64,000 nucleotides of DNA, taken from Alkalispirochaeta sp. GTDB taxonomy: Bacteria > Spirochaetota > Spirochaetia > DSM-27196 > Alkalispirochaetaceae. The stretch lies in assembly GCA_965242725.1 (NCBI GenBank), contig CBDESZ010000022.1, positions 32,001 to 96,000 of the forward strand, written 5' to 3'. A program made the translations under genes and the position numbers. The notes under the pieces were generated by a model. It did no database searches, had not been told where the DNA came from, and saw nothing but the letters and a program-made list of their open reading frames with translations. Shown piece after piece: positions 29,285 to 40,254 of this stretch. The stretch's first letter is position 1. Every line of letters begins with the position of its first letter.

Positions 29285-31769
29285 ATGCAGCCGGGATACA
29301 TAGAGGAACAAAAAGAACGGGCCCTTCGGAACAGCCGTATCGCGGCCGTCTTTGCCGCGGTTGCAATTATGGTGTTCGCCCTTCTCGACATGGTGGTCTA
29401 TCCAGACTTTATGTACCGCTTTCTTATTCTCCGCATTTCAGTCGTCGGCGTCAGCGCGATCCTCTACGCCATTACCTATATTCCCCGTGCCGCCGATTTC
29501 GGACGGGAGATCGGTATGGTTCAGTACGTCATTACGGCTCTTTCAGTTGTCGTGATGATACATATGGCGGACGGGTACCTGAGTACCTATTACGCGGGGT
29601 TGAACATCATTTTCATCGTTTTTCTCGCCATTCTTCCCCTGGACCACATCAGGACAACCGTCATTTGCTCGGTCATCTACGCGGCGTATCTCATTCCCAT
29701 CCTCCTGCACGGCCAAATCGACGATTGGGCGATTTTTGTCAACAACAACGCCTTCCTCCTGGGAACAATCCTGCTCGCCGTCGTAAGCTCCTATTTTTCA
29801 AATCGCCTGCGCCGGAAGGAGTATATCGCCCGATACAACCTCGCCCGGGCAAATGACGAGCTGAAACAGATGGACCTGCTGAAATCCCAGTTTTTCGCCA
29901 ATATCAGCCATGAGGTGCGGACGCCGCTCACGTCGATCATCGGCCCCGTTCAAAGTCTCTACCAGGGGGAGGCCGGGGAGGTAAACGATATACAGCGGCA
30001 GCTCCTTTCCCAGGTCTATCGGAACGGCGTCAGACTCCTCGACATGATCAATCAAATGCTCGATTTTGCCCGGTTTGATGCAAATAAGATGCAGGTGCGT
30101 CTGTCCGAGGTCGATCTGGATACGGTCATTCAGGACATCATCTCCGTCTTTCTTGAAGTCGCTGCACGAAAATCACTGACGATCACCTATGAACTGGAGA
30201 CGGATATTTTTCCGGTCTATCTGGACAAGGAAAAAGCGGACCGGATTATCACCAATCTGCTGAGAAACGCCATAAAATTCACCGACCGCGGCGGAATCAC
30301 CATACGTGCGGGCAGCAACGGCGATACCGTCTATATCGAAATAGAAGACACGGGAATCGGCATACCGGGAGATCAGGTTTCGACGATTTTTGAACGGTTT
30401 CAGCAGGTCGACAGCTCGAGCACGCGAAGGTACGAAGGAACGGGCCTCGGATTGACGATCGTCAAGGAAGCGGTGGAGATCCAGAGGGGCTCGGTGGACG
30501 TCCGGAGCGTATACGGGGAAGGAACGACCTTTACCGTAACCTTCCCCTGCGATCTCCATGAACAGATGCCAAACGCCGTCGGTGCACCTGTTGCCAAGGA
30601 ACGGCGACGGGGGGACCGCCGAAAAGGAAACGGCGCCTATACCGGACCGGAACGGCGACGCGGACCGCGGCGACAGCTGGACTTTGCACGTGTGGACATC
30701 GCCGATATGGTCATGATCGATTCGGGGCTCTACGGGTTCGATGAAGAGGATGAGGAGTCGATCGCCGACCGGGACGATGACCGGGAGCGGACAATCGTTC
30801 TCTACGTCGAGGATAACGTCGACCTTCGCAGGTACGTGTATACAATGCTCTCCCGATCGGGGTATCGCGTCGTTACCGCCGCGGACGGCAGAGACGGGTG
30901 GGACAAATTGCAGGACCTCCACCCGGATGTCGTCGTTTCCGACGTCATGATGCCCCGCCTGGACGGCTACGACCTCATGAAACGGATGAGAAGCAGCGAC
31001 GAGCTGTGCACCATTCCGATCATCCTCACCACGGCCAAGTCGGAAACAGAGGAACGGATCAAGGGTCTGGAACACGGTGCGGATGATTACCTTGCCAAAC
31101 CGATAAACATCAGGGAACTTGACGCCCGTATTCGCAATCTCATAACCCGCAGGCTCTTTCAGGAAGCGGTGGCAAAAGCGGAAATGCTGGAACGGCGAAT
31201 GCAGGACATCACCCTGGGATTCTCCCGTTCCCTGGATCTGCGGGATCCCTACACGGCAAATCACTCAAAGGATGTCCTCTTTTTTGGTACGATTATCGCC
31301 GATGAACTGGGATATACCGTAGACGAGACGTTCCGTGACGCGCTGCTCCTTCACGATATCGGGAAAATCGGAATCCCCGACCGTATCCTTCTCAAGGAAG
31401 GGCCTCTCAATGATGACGAGTGGACGTTAATGAAACGACACGCCGAGTTCGGTGCCCAATTGCTGGCGGAAATTTGAATCATTCAGGGATGTCAGTGAAA
31501 TCGTCCTCGCCCATCAGGAACGGTTCGACGGGAGCGGATATCCCCGGGGCCTGAAAAACGGGGATATCCCCTTTATTGCCCGCATTATCGCCGTTGCCGA
31601 CGCATGGCACGCGATGACTGAAGATCGTCCCTACCGCAGGGCGCTGGATGTCTCCGAAGCCATTTGTGAATTGACCCGTGGCAGGGGCAGCCATTTTGAC
31701 CCTGCGGTGGTTGATGCATTTATTGCGGCTCTCTGCCGTCACCAATTGATCGATCTATCAATGTGCTGA
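29285..31769 (+). CDS. Membrane hybrid sensor kinase: TM bundle + HisKA + HATPase + REC + HD-GYP (frameshift near 31470)
   Basis: About 6 TM helices; ANISHEVRTPLT, NAIKFT, DTGIG, GTGLGL; VEDN, SDVMMP, DDYLAKP; LHDIGKIG, then HQERFDGSGYPRGL in ORF 31452-31769. Confidence 0.88.
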
Positions 31770-31785
31770 ATCGACGCCGGACGGG

Positions 31786-32547
31786 TCAGCAGAGAATGGT
31801 AATCCCTCCGTCTACGACCAGATCATGGCCGGTAATAAACCCCGCCATCGGCGACGCCAGAAAAAGCACAGCCCCTGCCACTTCGGAAACTTCCGCAAGA
31901 CGCCCCAATGGAGTTCTCTCGGTCCAGCGGGCAATGAGATCCTGCACCTCCGGGCGTTTGTTCATATCGGTGAGGGTATAGCCGGGACTGACGCTGTTCA
32001 CCCGCACCTTTTGCGGCGCGTATTCGACTGCCAACGATTTCGTCAGCATGATCACCCCCGCCTTTGATGTATTGTAGTTGGCCTGAAACTGGGGAACATT
32101 GACCATCGATCCGGAAATCGACGCGATGTTGATGAGACTGCTTCCATGTCCCATTACGGCGAGCTCGGCACGACAACATGCGTAGACACCCTTCAGGTTG
32201 GTATCCATGACTCGGTCCCACGCATCTTCATCGAGATCCTTGAAGGAAATGCTGTTGGCGACGCCGGCGTTATTGACGGCGATATCAAGCCCTCCCAGTT
32301 CCGCCACGATGCGGTGGATTCCGTTCCGGACCGAGGAAACGCTGGTGACATCGATTTCCACACCGATCGACGTCGCGGAATAACGCTCCGTCAGATCCGC
32401 GGCGACACGGGCAGCGGCGGCGGCGTCACGACCGGTGACCGCAACTGACGCGCCTTTTGATGCAAAGGCTTCGGCGATGCCGTAGCCGATTCCTCGATAT
32501 CCGCCGGTGACGATCACCCGTTTTCCGGAAAAATCTAATTCATACAT
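31786..32547 (-). CDS. SDR family oxidoreductase (sugar/polyol dehydrogenase-like)
   Basis: TGGYRGIG, NNAG, YNTSK, NSVSPG. Confidence 0.88.
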   Translation of the reverse strand: MYELDFSGKRVIVTGGYRGIGYGIAEAFASKGASVAVTGRDAAAAARVAADLTERYSATSIGVEIDVTSVSSVRNGIHRIVAELGGLDIAVNNAGVANSISFKDLDEDAWDRVMDTNLKGVYACCRAELAVMGHGSSLINIASISGSMVNVPQFQANYNTSKAGVIMLTKSLAVEYAPQKVRVNSVSPGYTLTDMNKRPEVQDLIARWTERTPLGRLAEVSEVAGAVLFLASPMAGFITGHDLVVDGGITILC

Positions 32548-32599
32548 GAGAGAAACAATTGTACACCCCCGGGAACGGAAATGAAATCGCCCCGCCCTC

Positions 32600-33461
32600 C
32601 TATGACATATCCCGGCGCCTGTAGTACGCCGCAAGGGTTCTGTCCAGGAGGATAAACAGAAACAGCGGGACAACCACAAAGAGAAGGGTGAATACCGAGG
32701 CGGGGGTACGGTCTCCGCCGGTCAGATAGGGAAAGAGAAAGGTAGTGTACGACTCTACGACACCTCCACCGATGAGAAATATCAGGAAGTACTCTGAAAA
32801 GGCGACGAGAAAGACGACGGAGCCGCCGGAAAGGATTGCCGGCCCAAGGAGCGGCAGGTGAATGACCGCCATTCGCCTGAAAAGTGACGCCCCCAGATTT
32901 GCGGCACAGGCGTCCATGTCGGGATCGATCCGCTGGAATCCGGCGATGAGGGCGCGGAGCATATTAGGGATACGCCGCCGCCGTCAGGACCAGAACGACT
33001 CCCGGCAGCGTATCGACAAGTCCGATACGGATAAAAAGGAAGTGTATCCCCATTCCGTACGTTATCGCCGGGACGAGGACCGGCGACATGAGAAGGGCTT
33101 CCAGTGCAATACGACCGTGAAACTCATAGCGGGCGAGAACACTGGCAGGAAGCAGGGAGACCAGGAACGAAAGTACCACGGTCGCCGTTGAATACGCGGT
33201 GGACGACAGCAACGATCCGGCGATTTCGCCGCCGTTTTCCAAAAGGAGCAGAACTCCCCGGGCGGTGAACTCCTGGGGAAGCAGCCCCGGATAGGTCCAC
33301 CGCGCGGCGACGGCGTGGATTGCGACGATGATCAGGGGAAGCAGGAAGATCACCGCCATGAGGCCGGCAAAGAGAAGCCACCGTGACGGGCCGGGCTTCC
33401 CCGGAGCGTATGCCTTTGCCCCGCCGGTCCTCCCTTTATCGCGGTCGACCTCTTCCCTCAC
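32600..33461 (-). CDS. ABC transporter permease (YnjC-like; frameshift near 32963)
   Basis: Hydrophobic; EAA-like DACAANLGAS; two abutting ORFs. Confidence 0.8.
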
Positions 33462-34375
33462 AGCGGCCGCTCCCGTATGGAAAGACGCCGGGCTATACGG
33501 GAATAGACAACGACAAAGGCGATCGCAATCGCCGCAAGCAGCGTCAGCGAGGCCATGGCAATCGAGCGATCCGCGAGAGAGCCCTGAAAATAGAGCGAAT
33601 ACACAGTCATGGGAATCATCTGGGGACGACTTCCATCAAGAAGCCAGGGAATGTCAAAGCCTCCCAGTGCATACAGAAAGAGAATGATGAAGAGTTGATT
33701 CAGCATAGGCCCGAGCATGGGCAATATCACTCTGACAAATGTACGGACCGGTCCCGCTCCAAGCATATACGCCGTCGTGACCATTTGTCCGGGAATGCGC
33801 TCAAGGACACCCAGGGTCAGGAGCATCACGAATGGGAACTCCTTGTACACGTAGGCCATGATGATCCCCACGCCGTTCCGTGAGTAGAGGAGCTGTGGAA
33901 AGTCTTCGATTGCCGAGGTAACACCCAGATGGTACGACAGAGACGCGATGATGCCGGTCCGGGACCAGAGCAGCATGACGATATATGCGACGACGATGTG
34001 GGGAAGGATGATGGGTACCCGATAGATCACCCCGACGGAACGCACCCAATCGGGAGCTCGCCACAACAGGTACGCGCCGACGGCGCCCGTTCCCACCGCG
34101 ATCAGGGCCGAAACGCATGCGACATAGAGGGTATACAGAATGGACGCAAGCAGCTCCGGACGCATGAAAAGCTCACGGTATCCATACCATACGCTCATGC
34201 TGCCACGGTCCGGGTTAAGCGCGGGAGGTCCTGCAAGCCCCAATGACTGCAGCGCTCCATGGAGGAGTCCCGCGCCGACGGTGGCGGCAAAGAACAACAC
34301 CAACGGCAGGAGACGCAGCAGAATCCCCAGACGCTGCTTTCGGTCCGCAGGGAGGCGGCGACGAAACTCTCCCAC
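33458..34375 (-). CDS. ABC transporter permease (YnjC-like)
   Basis: PIILPHIV, YKEFPF, AYMLGAG; TM helices. Confidence 0.85.
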   Translation of the reverse strand: MGEFRRRLPADRKQRLGILLRLLPLVLFFAATVGAGLLHGALQSLGLAGPPALNPDRGSMSVWYGYRELFMRPELLASILYTLYVACVSALIAVGTGAVGAYLLWRAPDWVRSVGVIYRVPIILPHIVVAYIVMLLWSRTGIIASLSYHLGVTSAIEDFPQLLYSRNGVGIIMAYVYKEFPFVMLLTLGVLERIPGQMVTTAYMLGAGPVRTFVRVILPMLGPMLNQLFIILFLYALGGFDIPWLLDGSRPQMIPMTVYSLYFQGSLADRSIAMASLTLLAAIAIAFVVVYSRIARRLSIRERPL

Positions 34376-34379
34376 GGCA

Positions 34380-35628
34380 CTACTTCAGACGGACGTGCCG
34401 GTCCCACCCGGCTTCCAGCGCTTCCCAATACTCCGAAGGGATTTCCGGAACTCCATACCGGTCAAATTCCGATGGCGGGACCGTGGCCTCTCCCAACCGG
34501 AGACTCGCAAAAAGGGCCTGATCCTCCTCGGGAAGACGGTCCAGAGAGAGCACGGTAAAGTCGCCCCAGTTTTCTACACGATTCTTGGAATACTGTGCCT
34601 CCGGCGACAGGAGGAAGTTAGAGAGGGACGATCGCCCCTGCGGGATTCGGCGCGTTGAATGGAATTGCGGTGAAATGGGTATTGAAGAGCGATCCGTCGG
34701 TCATTACGAAGGACGTGACGGACGCGGGATATCGACCGTTGGCAATGCGGGTGGCGGCGGTCGTCTGGGTGAAGGACATCGTAAAGTCCACCTCGCCGCG
34801 CTCAAAGAGGGCATCCAGGTTTGCCAGGTCCCGGGGATAACTGTTCCCCTCCTGCCACAGGTACGGTTCCAGGGCATTGAGGTAGTCCCATAATGCCGGT
34901 ACCTTCGCCTCGTAGAGGTCACGGTCGAAGCCGTCGATGTACTGTGCATAGCCTCCGGTACGCGCATAAAAGGCCTGCCGGATAAAGGCGGAACCGGTGA
35001 AGTCCGGCGGCTGGGGATAGGTGAAACGCCCAGGGTTTTCCTTGACCCATGAAAGAAGGTCGGCAAAATCGGTGGGATACTCGGGAACCCTGGCGGTATC
35101 CACAACCATGTTGAACTGCGCCCGTCCCCAGGGCGCTTCATACCCTTCTACGGGAAATCCCGCATCCGTCGCGACCGTCGAGGGATCGACGTACTTGCGG
35201 TAATTGGGAAGCAGATCGACAAACGGTCCGAGAAGAAGACCTCCCTCCCTGGCGATGCGAAAGTTCTCACCGTTAATCCATACGAGATCGATCGTACCGA
35301 CCTCCCGCCCCGCCTGCTTTTCCGTCAGAAGTTTGTTGATGAACAGAGACGCGTCCATCGGTATCCGCCGGAGTTCAATGCCGTAACGGGACTGCATTTC
35401 CTCCGTCACATATCCGTCGATCCATCGGTTCACCGTATCGGAACCGCCCCACATGTAGAACCGGACCTCCCTTCCCCGGGCGTCCGCCGTTATTTCATCA
35501 AAGGACCGGGACAGAATCTCTCCGGACGCTGTTTCCTGCGTTCCCGTCGCCCCAACGTGAACGTGCGTCTTCGGAAGGAGAAGCAGAAAAAACGCCAGAA
35601 CGGCTACGGGATAAAGTGATCCCTTCAT
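34380..35628 (-). CDS. ynjB: ABC transporter substrate-binding protein, YnjB family (frameshift near 34625)
   Basis: FYMWGGS, DLVWINGENF, EAPWGRAQF, FTYPQPPDFTGSAF; NFLLSPEAQ continues in a shifted frame to TAG at 34380. Confidence 0.8.
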
Positions 35629-36350
35629 GGAACCTCCTGAATCGATTTGAAAATCCTCGCGACTTCGGTGTTTTCCGGATTCCGTCGGATATCGGTGTAC
35701 GACGCCACTTGATGGAGGCGTCCGTCGATAATGACGCCGATTCGATCCGAAACCGCTCCCGCTTCTTCAAGGTCGTGGGACACAAGCACCGTCGTCACGC
35801 CAAGTTCTCTCTGCAGGGAACGTATGAATCGCGCGGTATCCCCCTTGAGATTCTTGTCGAGATTTGCAAAGGGTTCATCAAGGAGCAGCAGTGCGGGTTC
35901 CATCACCAGAGCCCGTGCCAGAGCGACGCGCTGCTTTTGCCCGCCCGAGAGCTGGGCGGGCCATACCTCCGCTTTGTCCCCGATGCCAAGGTGGTTGAGG
36001 TACCGGCAGACGCGGTCTTTCACATCGGAACGTTCAAGTTGAAGGTGACGACGGCGGGAGCGTAATCCGAACGCGACGTTTTCAAACACCGTCATATGGG
36101 GAAAGAGAAGATAGTCCTGAAAGACGAGAATTGCCGGGTGGTCCCGGGAAACGGGCTCCCACCGTTCGATCGTTCCCGCGGTTGGCTGATCGATACCCGC
36201 GAGCAGTTTGAGCAGGGTCGTCTTGCCGCTCCCCGACGGTCCAACGAAGGATATCAACTCACCCTCAAAGATGGTTACATTGATATCCGAAAGGGCCGAG
36301 AAATCGCCGAAACGACGTGAAATCCCATGAAGATGCATGTACCTCTTCAT
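35625..36350 (-). CDS. ABC transporter ATP-binding protein
   Basis: GPSGSGKT, LSGGQKQR, LLLDEPF. Confidence 0.9.
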   Translation of the reverse strand: MKRYMHLHGISRRFGDFSALSDINVTIFEGELISFVGPSGSGKTTLLKLLAGIDQPTAGTIERWEPVSRDHPAILVFQDYLLFPHMTVFENVAFGLRSRRRHLQLERSDVKDRVCRYLNHLGIGDKAEVWPAQLSGGQKQRVALARALVMEPALLLLDEPFANLDKNLKGDTARFIRSLQRELGVTTVLVSHDLEEAGAVSDRIGVIIDGRLHQVASYTDIRRNPENTEVARIFKSIQEVP

Positions 36351-36403
36351 CACCACTGCAAACATCACAAAAAATCGCTACTGTGTCTATCGGAGGTGTA
36401 AAA

Positions 36404-37030
36404 ATGCTTGACCAGGTAACCCGTTCCCTGAAGGATAGCCTCCTCACTCCCCTTGAACGGGTTATTCCTCACGGTCTGCACCCCGACACCATTACGTGGG
36501 TTTCGCTCATTCCCGGACTTGCAGCGGCACTCCTCGCGGGCGTCGGACTCACCGGCTGGGCGGTTGCGGCCTTTGTGGCAAACCGCATTCTCGACGGACT
36601 GGACGGACTGCTTGCCCGGCGGCGACATCTGCAGTCCGATTTCGGCGGGTATCTCGATATCATTGTCGACTTTGTCGTCTATGCCGCCATACCGATCGGC
36701 GTATGGTACGGCGCGGCGGGCGGCGCCGGCGCCCTTCCCCTTGTCCTGCTCCTTTCGGTCTTCTATGTGAACGGCGCGTCGTGGATGTACCTTTCGGCGG
36801 TTCTTGAAAAGCGGCGTCCGAAAGACGGCGAACCATCGTCGTCCCGGCGCAGCGAGCATACAACCGTAACGATGCCCCGCGGAGTTGTTGAAGGAACGGA
36901 AACGGTCATTTTCTTCACGCTCTTTTTGCTCATACCGCGGTTGTACGTGCTTCTGTTTTCAATCATGACCGCCCTGACCGCCGCCGGAGTTGTACAACGA
37001 CTGGTATGGGCGTATCGAAACATACGATGA
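36404..37030 (+). CDS. CDP-alcohol phosphatidyltransferase family protein (YnjF-like)
   Basis: DGLDGLLAR...GGYLDIIVD motif; EGTET. Confidence 0.88.
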   Translation: MLDQVTRSLKDSLLTPLERVIPHGLHPDTITWVSLIPGLAAALLAGVGLTGWAVAAFVANRILDGLDGLLARRRHLQSDFGGYLDIIVDFVVYAAIPIGVWYGAAGGAGALPLVLLLSVFYVNGASWMYLSAVLEKRRPKDGEPSSSRRSEHTTVTMPRGVVEGTETVIFFTLFLLIPRLYVLLFSIMTALTAAGVVQRLVWAYRNIR

Positions 37031-37148
37031 ACAACTCAATGGACCGGACCCGTATCGGCGCGGCGGGGAGTACACCGGGCAGGGCAGAGATCGCGATACC
37101 TTGCGTCCTCCGCCGTATGGCGATACGGTAGAAATACGGGGGAAAACA

Positions 37149-37989
37149 ATGTCCATACAACGTGTTGTAGTGACGGGAAGCGAAGGCAAGGCGGGACGCC
37201 ATGTGGTAAGCCACCTGAAGGCAGAGGGGTACGAGGTACTGAGAGTCGACCTCGCAGCTCCCCTGGACGCGGCCGATCATTCGGTACGCCGCGCTGACCT
37301 TACCGATCTTGGCCAGACGATGGAGGTTCTTCACGGAGCGGACGGCGTCGTCCATCTGGCGGCGATACCTGCACCCTACATGGTTACCGACGCCGAGACG
37401 TTCCGCATCAATACAATTTCGACCTACAACGTCTTTTCCGCCGCCGCAACATTGGGACTTCGGCGCGTCGTCTGGGGCGTCCAGCGAGACGACACTGGGG
37501 TTGCCTTTCGACAGACCACCCGATTACGCACCTGTGGATGAGAACCACACCTATCCCGAGTCGTCATACGCGTTATCCAAGGTCGTCTCGGAGGAAATTG
37601 CCCGCCAGTTCTCCCGGTGGCGGGATATCCCGATCGTCGGATTACGACTTTCAAATATCATCACCCCCGACGAGTACGTCCTGTTCCGGGAATTCCAGGA
37701 CGATCCTGCGATGCGGAAATGGAATCTCTGGGGATATGTAGATGTCCGCGACGTGGCACAGGGCTGTCGCAGGGCCCTTGAGGCGAAGGTCGTCGGCGCC
37801 CGGAATTACATAATTGCCGCCGCCGATACCGTGATGAACCGGCCCAGCGCCCGACTTATGGAGGAAGTGTTTCCACAGGTGCGGATTACCAGACAACTGG
37901 ATACCCATGAAACGCTGCTCTCCATCGACCGCGCACGGACCGAACTGGGTTACCATCCGGAATACAGCTGGCGGGATTCACTGACCTGA
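37149..37989 (+). CDS. NAD-dependent epimerase/dehydratase (frameshift near 37478)
   Basis: VTGSEGKAG, VHLAAIP, ASSET, YALSK. Confidence 0.85.
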
Positions 37990-38068
37990 CTGTCAGGCTC
38001 TCTTTTCAAATCCGCTGCTTCGGGATTTGCGCTGTTTTCGGGTATTCTCATTGTATGTGCACATAAAG

Positions 38069-38097
38069 TTGACGCCACGCCTGCGGTGATGTAGCTT
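38069..38097 (+). promoter_or_regulatory. Sigma70-type promoter for a leaderless transcript
   Basis: TTGACG-17 nt-TAGCTT, 7 nt before ATG 38105. Confidence 0.55.
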
Positions 38098-38104
38098 TCA
38101 CGAC

Positions 38105-38848
38105 ATGAACCGTGAACGCCTTCTCCGGGGTGTCCTTCTCGCCGCTATCACAGGTACGGCGATCACCGTCGCCATACGGTATGATGCGCCGGCCCTCCTG
38201 CGACAGCTCCTCGAATGGGTGGACACTCAGGGGATGCGGGGCATACTTGTCTTTATCGCCGCGTATGTGGGAGCTACGATCCTCTTCGTTCCCGGAAGTA
38301 TTCTCACCCTCGGGGCGGGATTTGTATTCGGCGTGACGGGGGGGACGGTTGCGGTCTCCATTGCGTCTACGCTGGGTGCATTGGGGGCATTTCTCGTCGG
38401 ACGCTATATAGCACGGGGGTGGGTTGCCGCAAAAACGGCGGGCAATCCCCGATTTGCCTCGATTGATGACGCGGTCGGCCGGGAGGGATGGAAGATCGTC
38501 CTCCTTACCCGCCTTTCACCGGTCTTTCCATTCAACATGCTGAATTACGCCTACGGCCTTACCAAGGTGTCCGTTACGTCGTATTTTTTCGCATCATGGA
38601 TCGGCATGCTGCCGGGTACCCTGATGTACGTCTACTTCGGGTCGGTAGCCGCCAATCTCGCGACGATAGGTGGCGCAGCCGCCGACAGGGGCGCCGCCCA
38701 ATGGATCGTCTACGGTATCGGACTGCTTGCGACGGTCGGCGTCACCGTTTTTATTACCCGCCTCGCACGACAGGCGTTAAAAAAAACGCTTCCCGATACC
38801 GCGCCGGCAGTCACAACTCCGACGGAGCCGGAGAAGGCCCATGAATAA
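38105..38848 (+). CDS. TVP38/TMEM64 (DedA/VTT) family membrane protein
   Basis: PGSILTLGAGFVFG, LTRLSPVFPFNMLNY, GMLPGT. Confidence 0.9.
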   Translation: MNRERLLRGVLLAAITGTAITVAIRYDAPALLRQLLEWVDTQGMRGILVFIAAYVGATILFVPGSILTLGAGFVFGVTGGTVAVSIASTLGALGAFLVGRYIARGWVAAKTAGNPRFASIDDAVGREGWKIVLLTRLSPVFPFNMLNYAYGLTKVSVTSYFFASWIGMLPGTLMYVYFGSVAANLATIGGAAADRGAAQWIVYGIGLLATVGVTVFITRLARQALKKTLPDTAPAVTTPTEPEKAHE

Positions 38849-38872
38849 CCGGTACCGTCCGGTACGACAGGT

Positions 38873-39232
38873 TCACTTCATTTCTTCAATCGAAATTTCG
38901 ACACCCGCCTCGGACCACTTGTCCGGTTGAAATCCGACGACAAATCCGCCTTGTGCGGTGATGAGGACGGGGAAAATAAGCCCTCGGGGCGGAACCATAT
39001 CCTTGAGCCCGCGTAAAAAGGGGCCGCGCACCGCCTGGGGGAGCGTGTCGAGGTCCACATATCCAAAGGCCACTCCCTTTTCCTTCAGTACTTTTTCAAC
39101 CTTGTGGCACACACCGCACTGTGTCAGGCCGACGATGAGCACCTCTTTGGGATCGTCGTCGGCTCGCGGCCCGGCGCCTTCGGTAAAGGTAAAATCTACG
39201 TCCTCCAGTCCTGCAATCTCTCGGTATGCCAT
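38873..39232 (-). CDS. Glutaredoxin-like protein
   Basis: CGVC, FPVL, VVGFQPDKW. Confidence 0.75.
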   Translation of the reverse strand: MAYREIAGLEDVDFTFTEGAGPRADDDPKEVLIVGLTQCGVCHKVEKVLKEKGVAFGYVDLDTLPQAVRGPFLRGLKDMVPPRGLIFPVLITAQGGFVVGFQPDKWSEAGVEISIEEMK

Positions 39233-39274
39233 ACGACCAGTGTACAACATGCCGCTCGCCTTTGCCGGAGTCCG

Positions 39275-40126
39275 CTACGCCCGGCCGTCCCGTTCCACCT
39301 CTTCAACCAGGGCGGAAAGGGCTTCACCGGCATTGTCACGTATGGAAATGGTCGCCGACGGTGAGAGGGGCGTTTCCCCTGGATTAATTTCCACCACCGG
39401 TACACCTGCCCGGACGGCGAGTTCCGGCAACATCGCTGCGGGATAGACAATCGAGGATGTACCGATACTGAAAAGGAGGTCCGCCGCTTCCGTTGCGGAA
39501 AAGGCCCGGTGGATCGCCTCCTCGGGAAGACTCTCGCCAAACCACACTACGTCCGGCCGAAGGTAGTCGCCGCACACCGGGCAGCGGGGAACCTCCCTGA
39601 TGAGCACCGACCCCTTGGCTCCGACGGCGTCGGAAGAATCTTCCGACACTTTCGTCGTATTCGACGCACGGTGGTCCCAGGCAAACACCGCGCGCGCCTC
39701 CGGCGACGGATCACCGGATTCGTAGGAAATGCAATTGTGGAAACAACGAACCCTGAGGATGTTGCCGTGGAGCTCCACCACATTGCGGCTCCCCGCCCGT
39801 CGGTGCAGACCGTCCACATTCTGGGTGATGAGGGTGAAATCCGAAAGGAGACGCTCAAGTGTCGCCAGGGCGACATGGCCGCGATTGGGGGTGACGGAAC
39901 TGACCATGGATCGCCGCCAGGCGTACCAGCTCCACACGGTGCGGGGATCACGACGGAACGCTTCCGGCGTCGCCAGGTCCTCCGGCCTGTAGCGCTCCCA
40001 CAGACCCGTCTGGGCGTCCCGAAACGTGGGAATTCCACTTTCCGCCGATACCCCAGCTCCGGTGAGCACAACGACGCGACGGCTCGTCCGGATCAGTTCA
40101 GCAACCTGTTTCAGCTCGTTCATCAC
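39275..40126 (-). CDS. cobB: NAD-dependent protein deacylase (sirtuin)
   Basis: GAGVSAESGIPTFR, TQNVDGLH, ELHGN, RPDVVWFGE, GTS. Confidence 0.92.
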   Translation of the reverse strand: MMNELKQVAELIRTSRRVVVLTGAGVSAESGIPTFRDAQTGLWERYRPEDLATPEAFRRDPRTVWSWYAWRRSMVSSVTPNRGHVALATLERLLSDFTLITQNVDGLHRRAGSRNVVELHGNILRVRCFHNCISYESGDPSPEARAVFAWDHRASNTTKVSEDSSDAVGAKGSVLIREVPRCPVCGDYLRPDVVWFGESLPEEAIHRAFSATEAADLLFSIGTSSIVYPAAMLPELAVRAGVPVVEINPGETPLSPSATISIRDNAGEALSALVEEVERDGRA

Positions 40127-40254
40127 ACGCTCCCGTTCCCGACGGTATCGATCGCCGGATCTTCCCGCCGGGGATGGCGGTCAGGCGGATCGTCATTGAG
40201 ACCACCTCCCAATAGATACCATAAAACGGAGCGCTTCGGTTATACTTATGGGCT

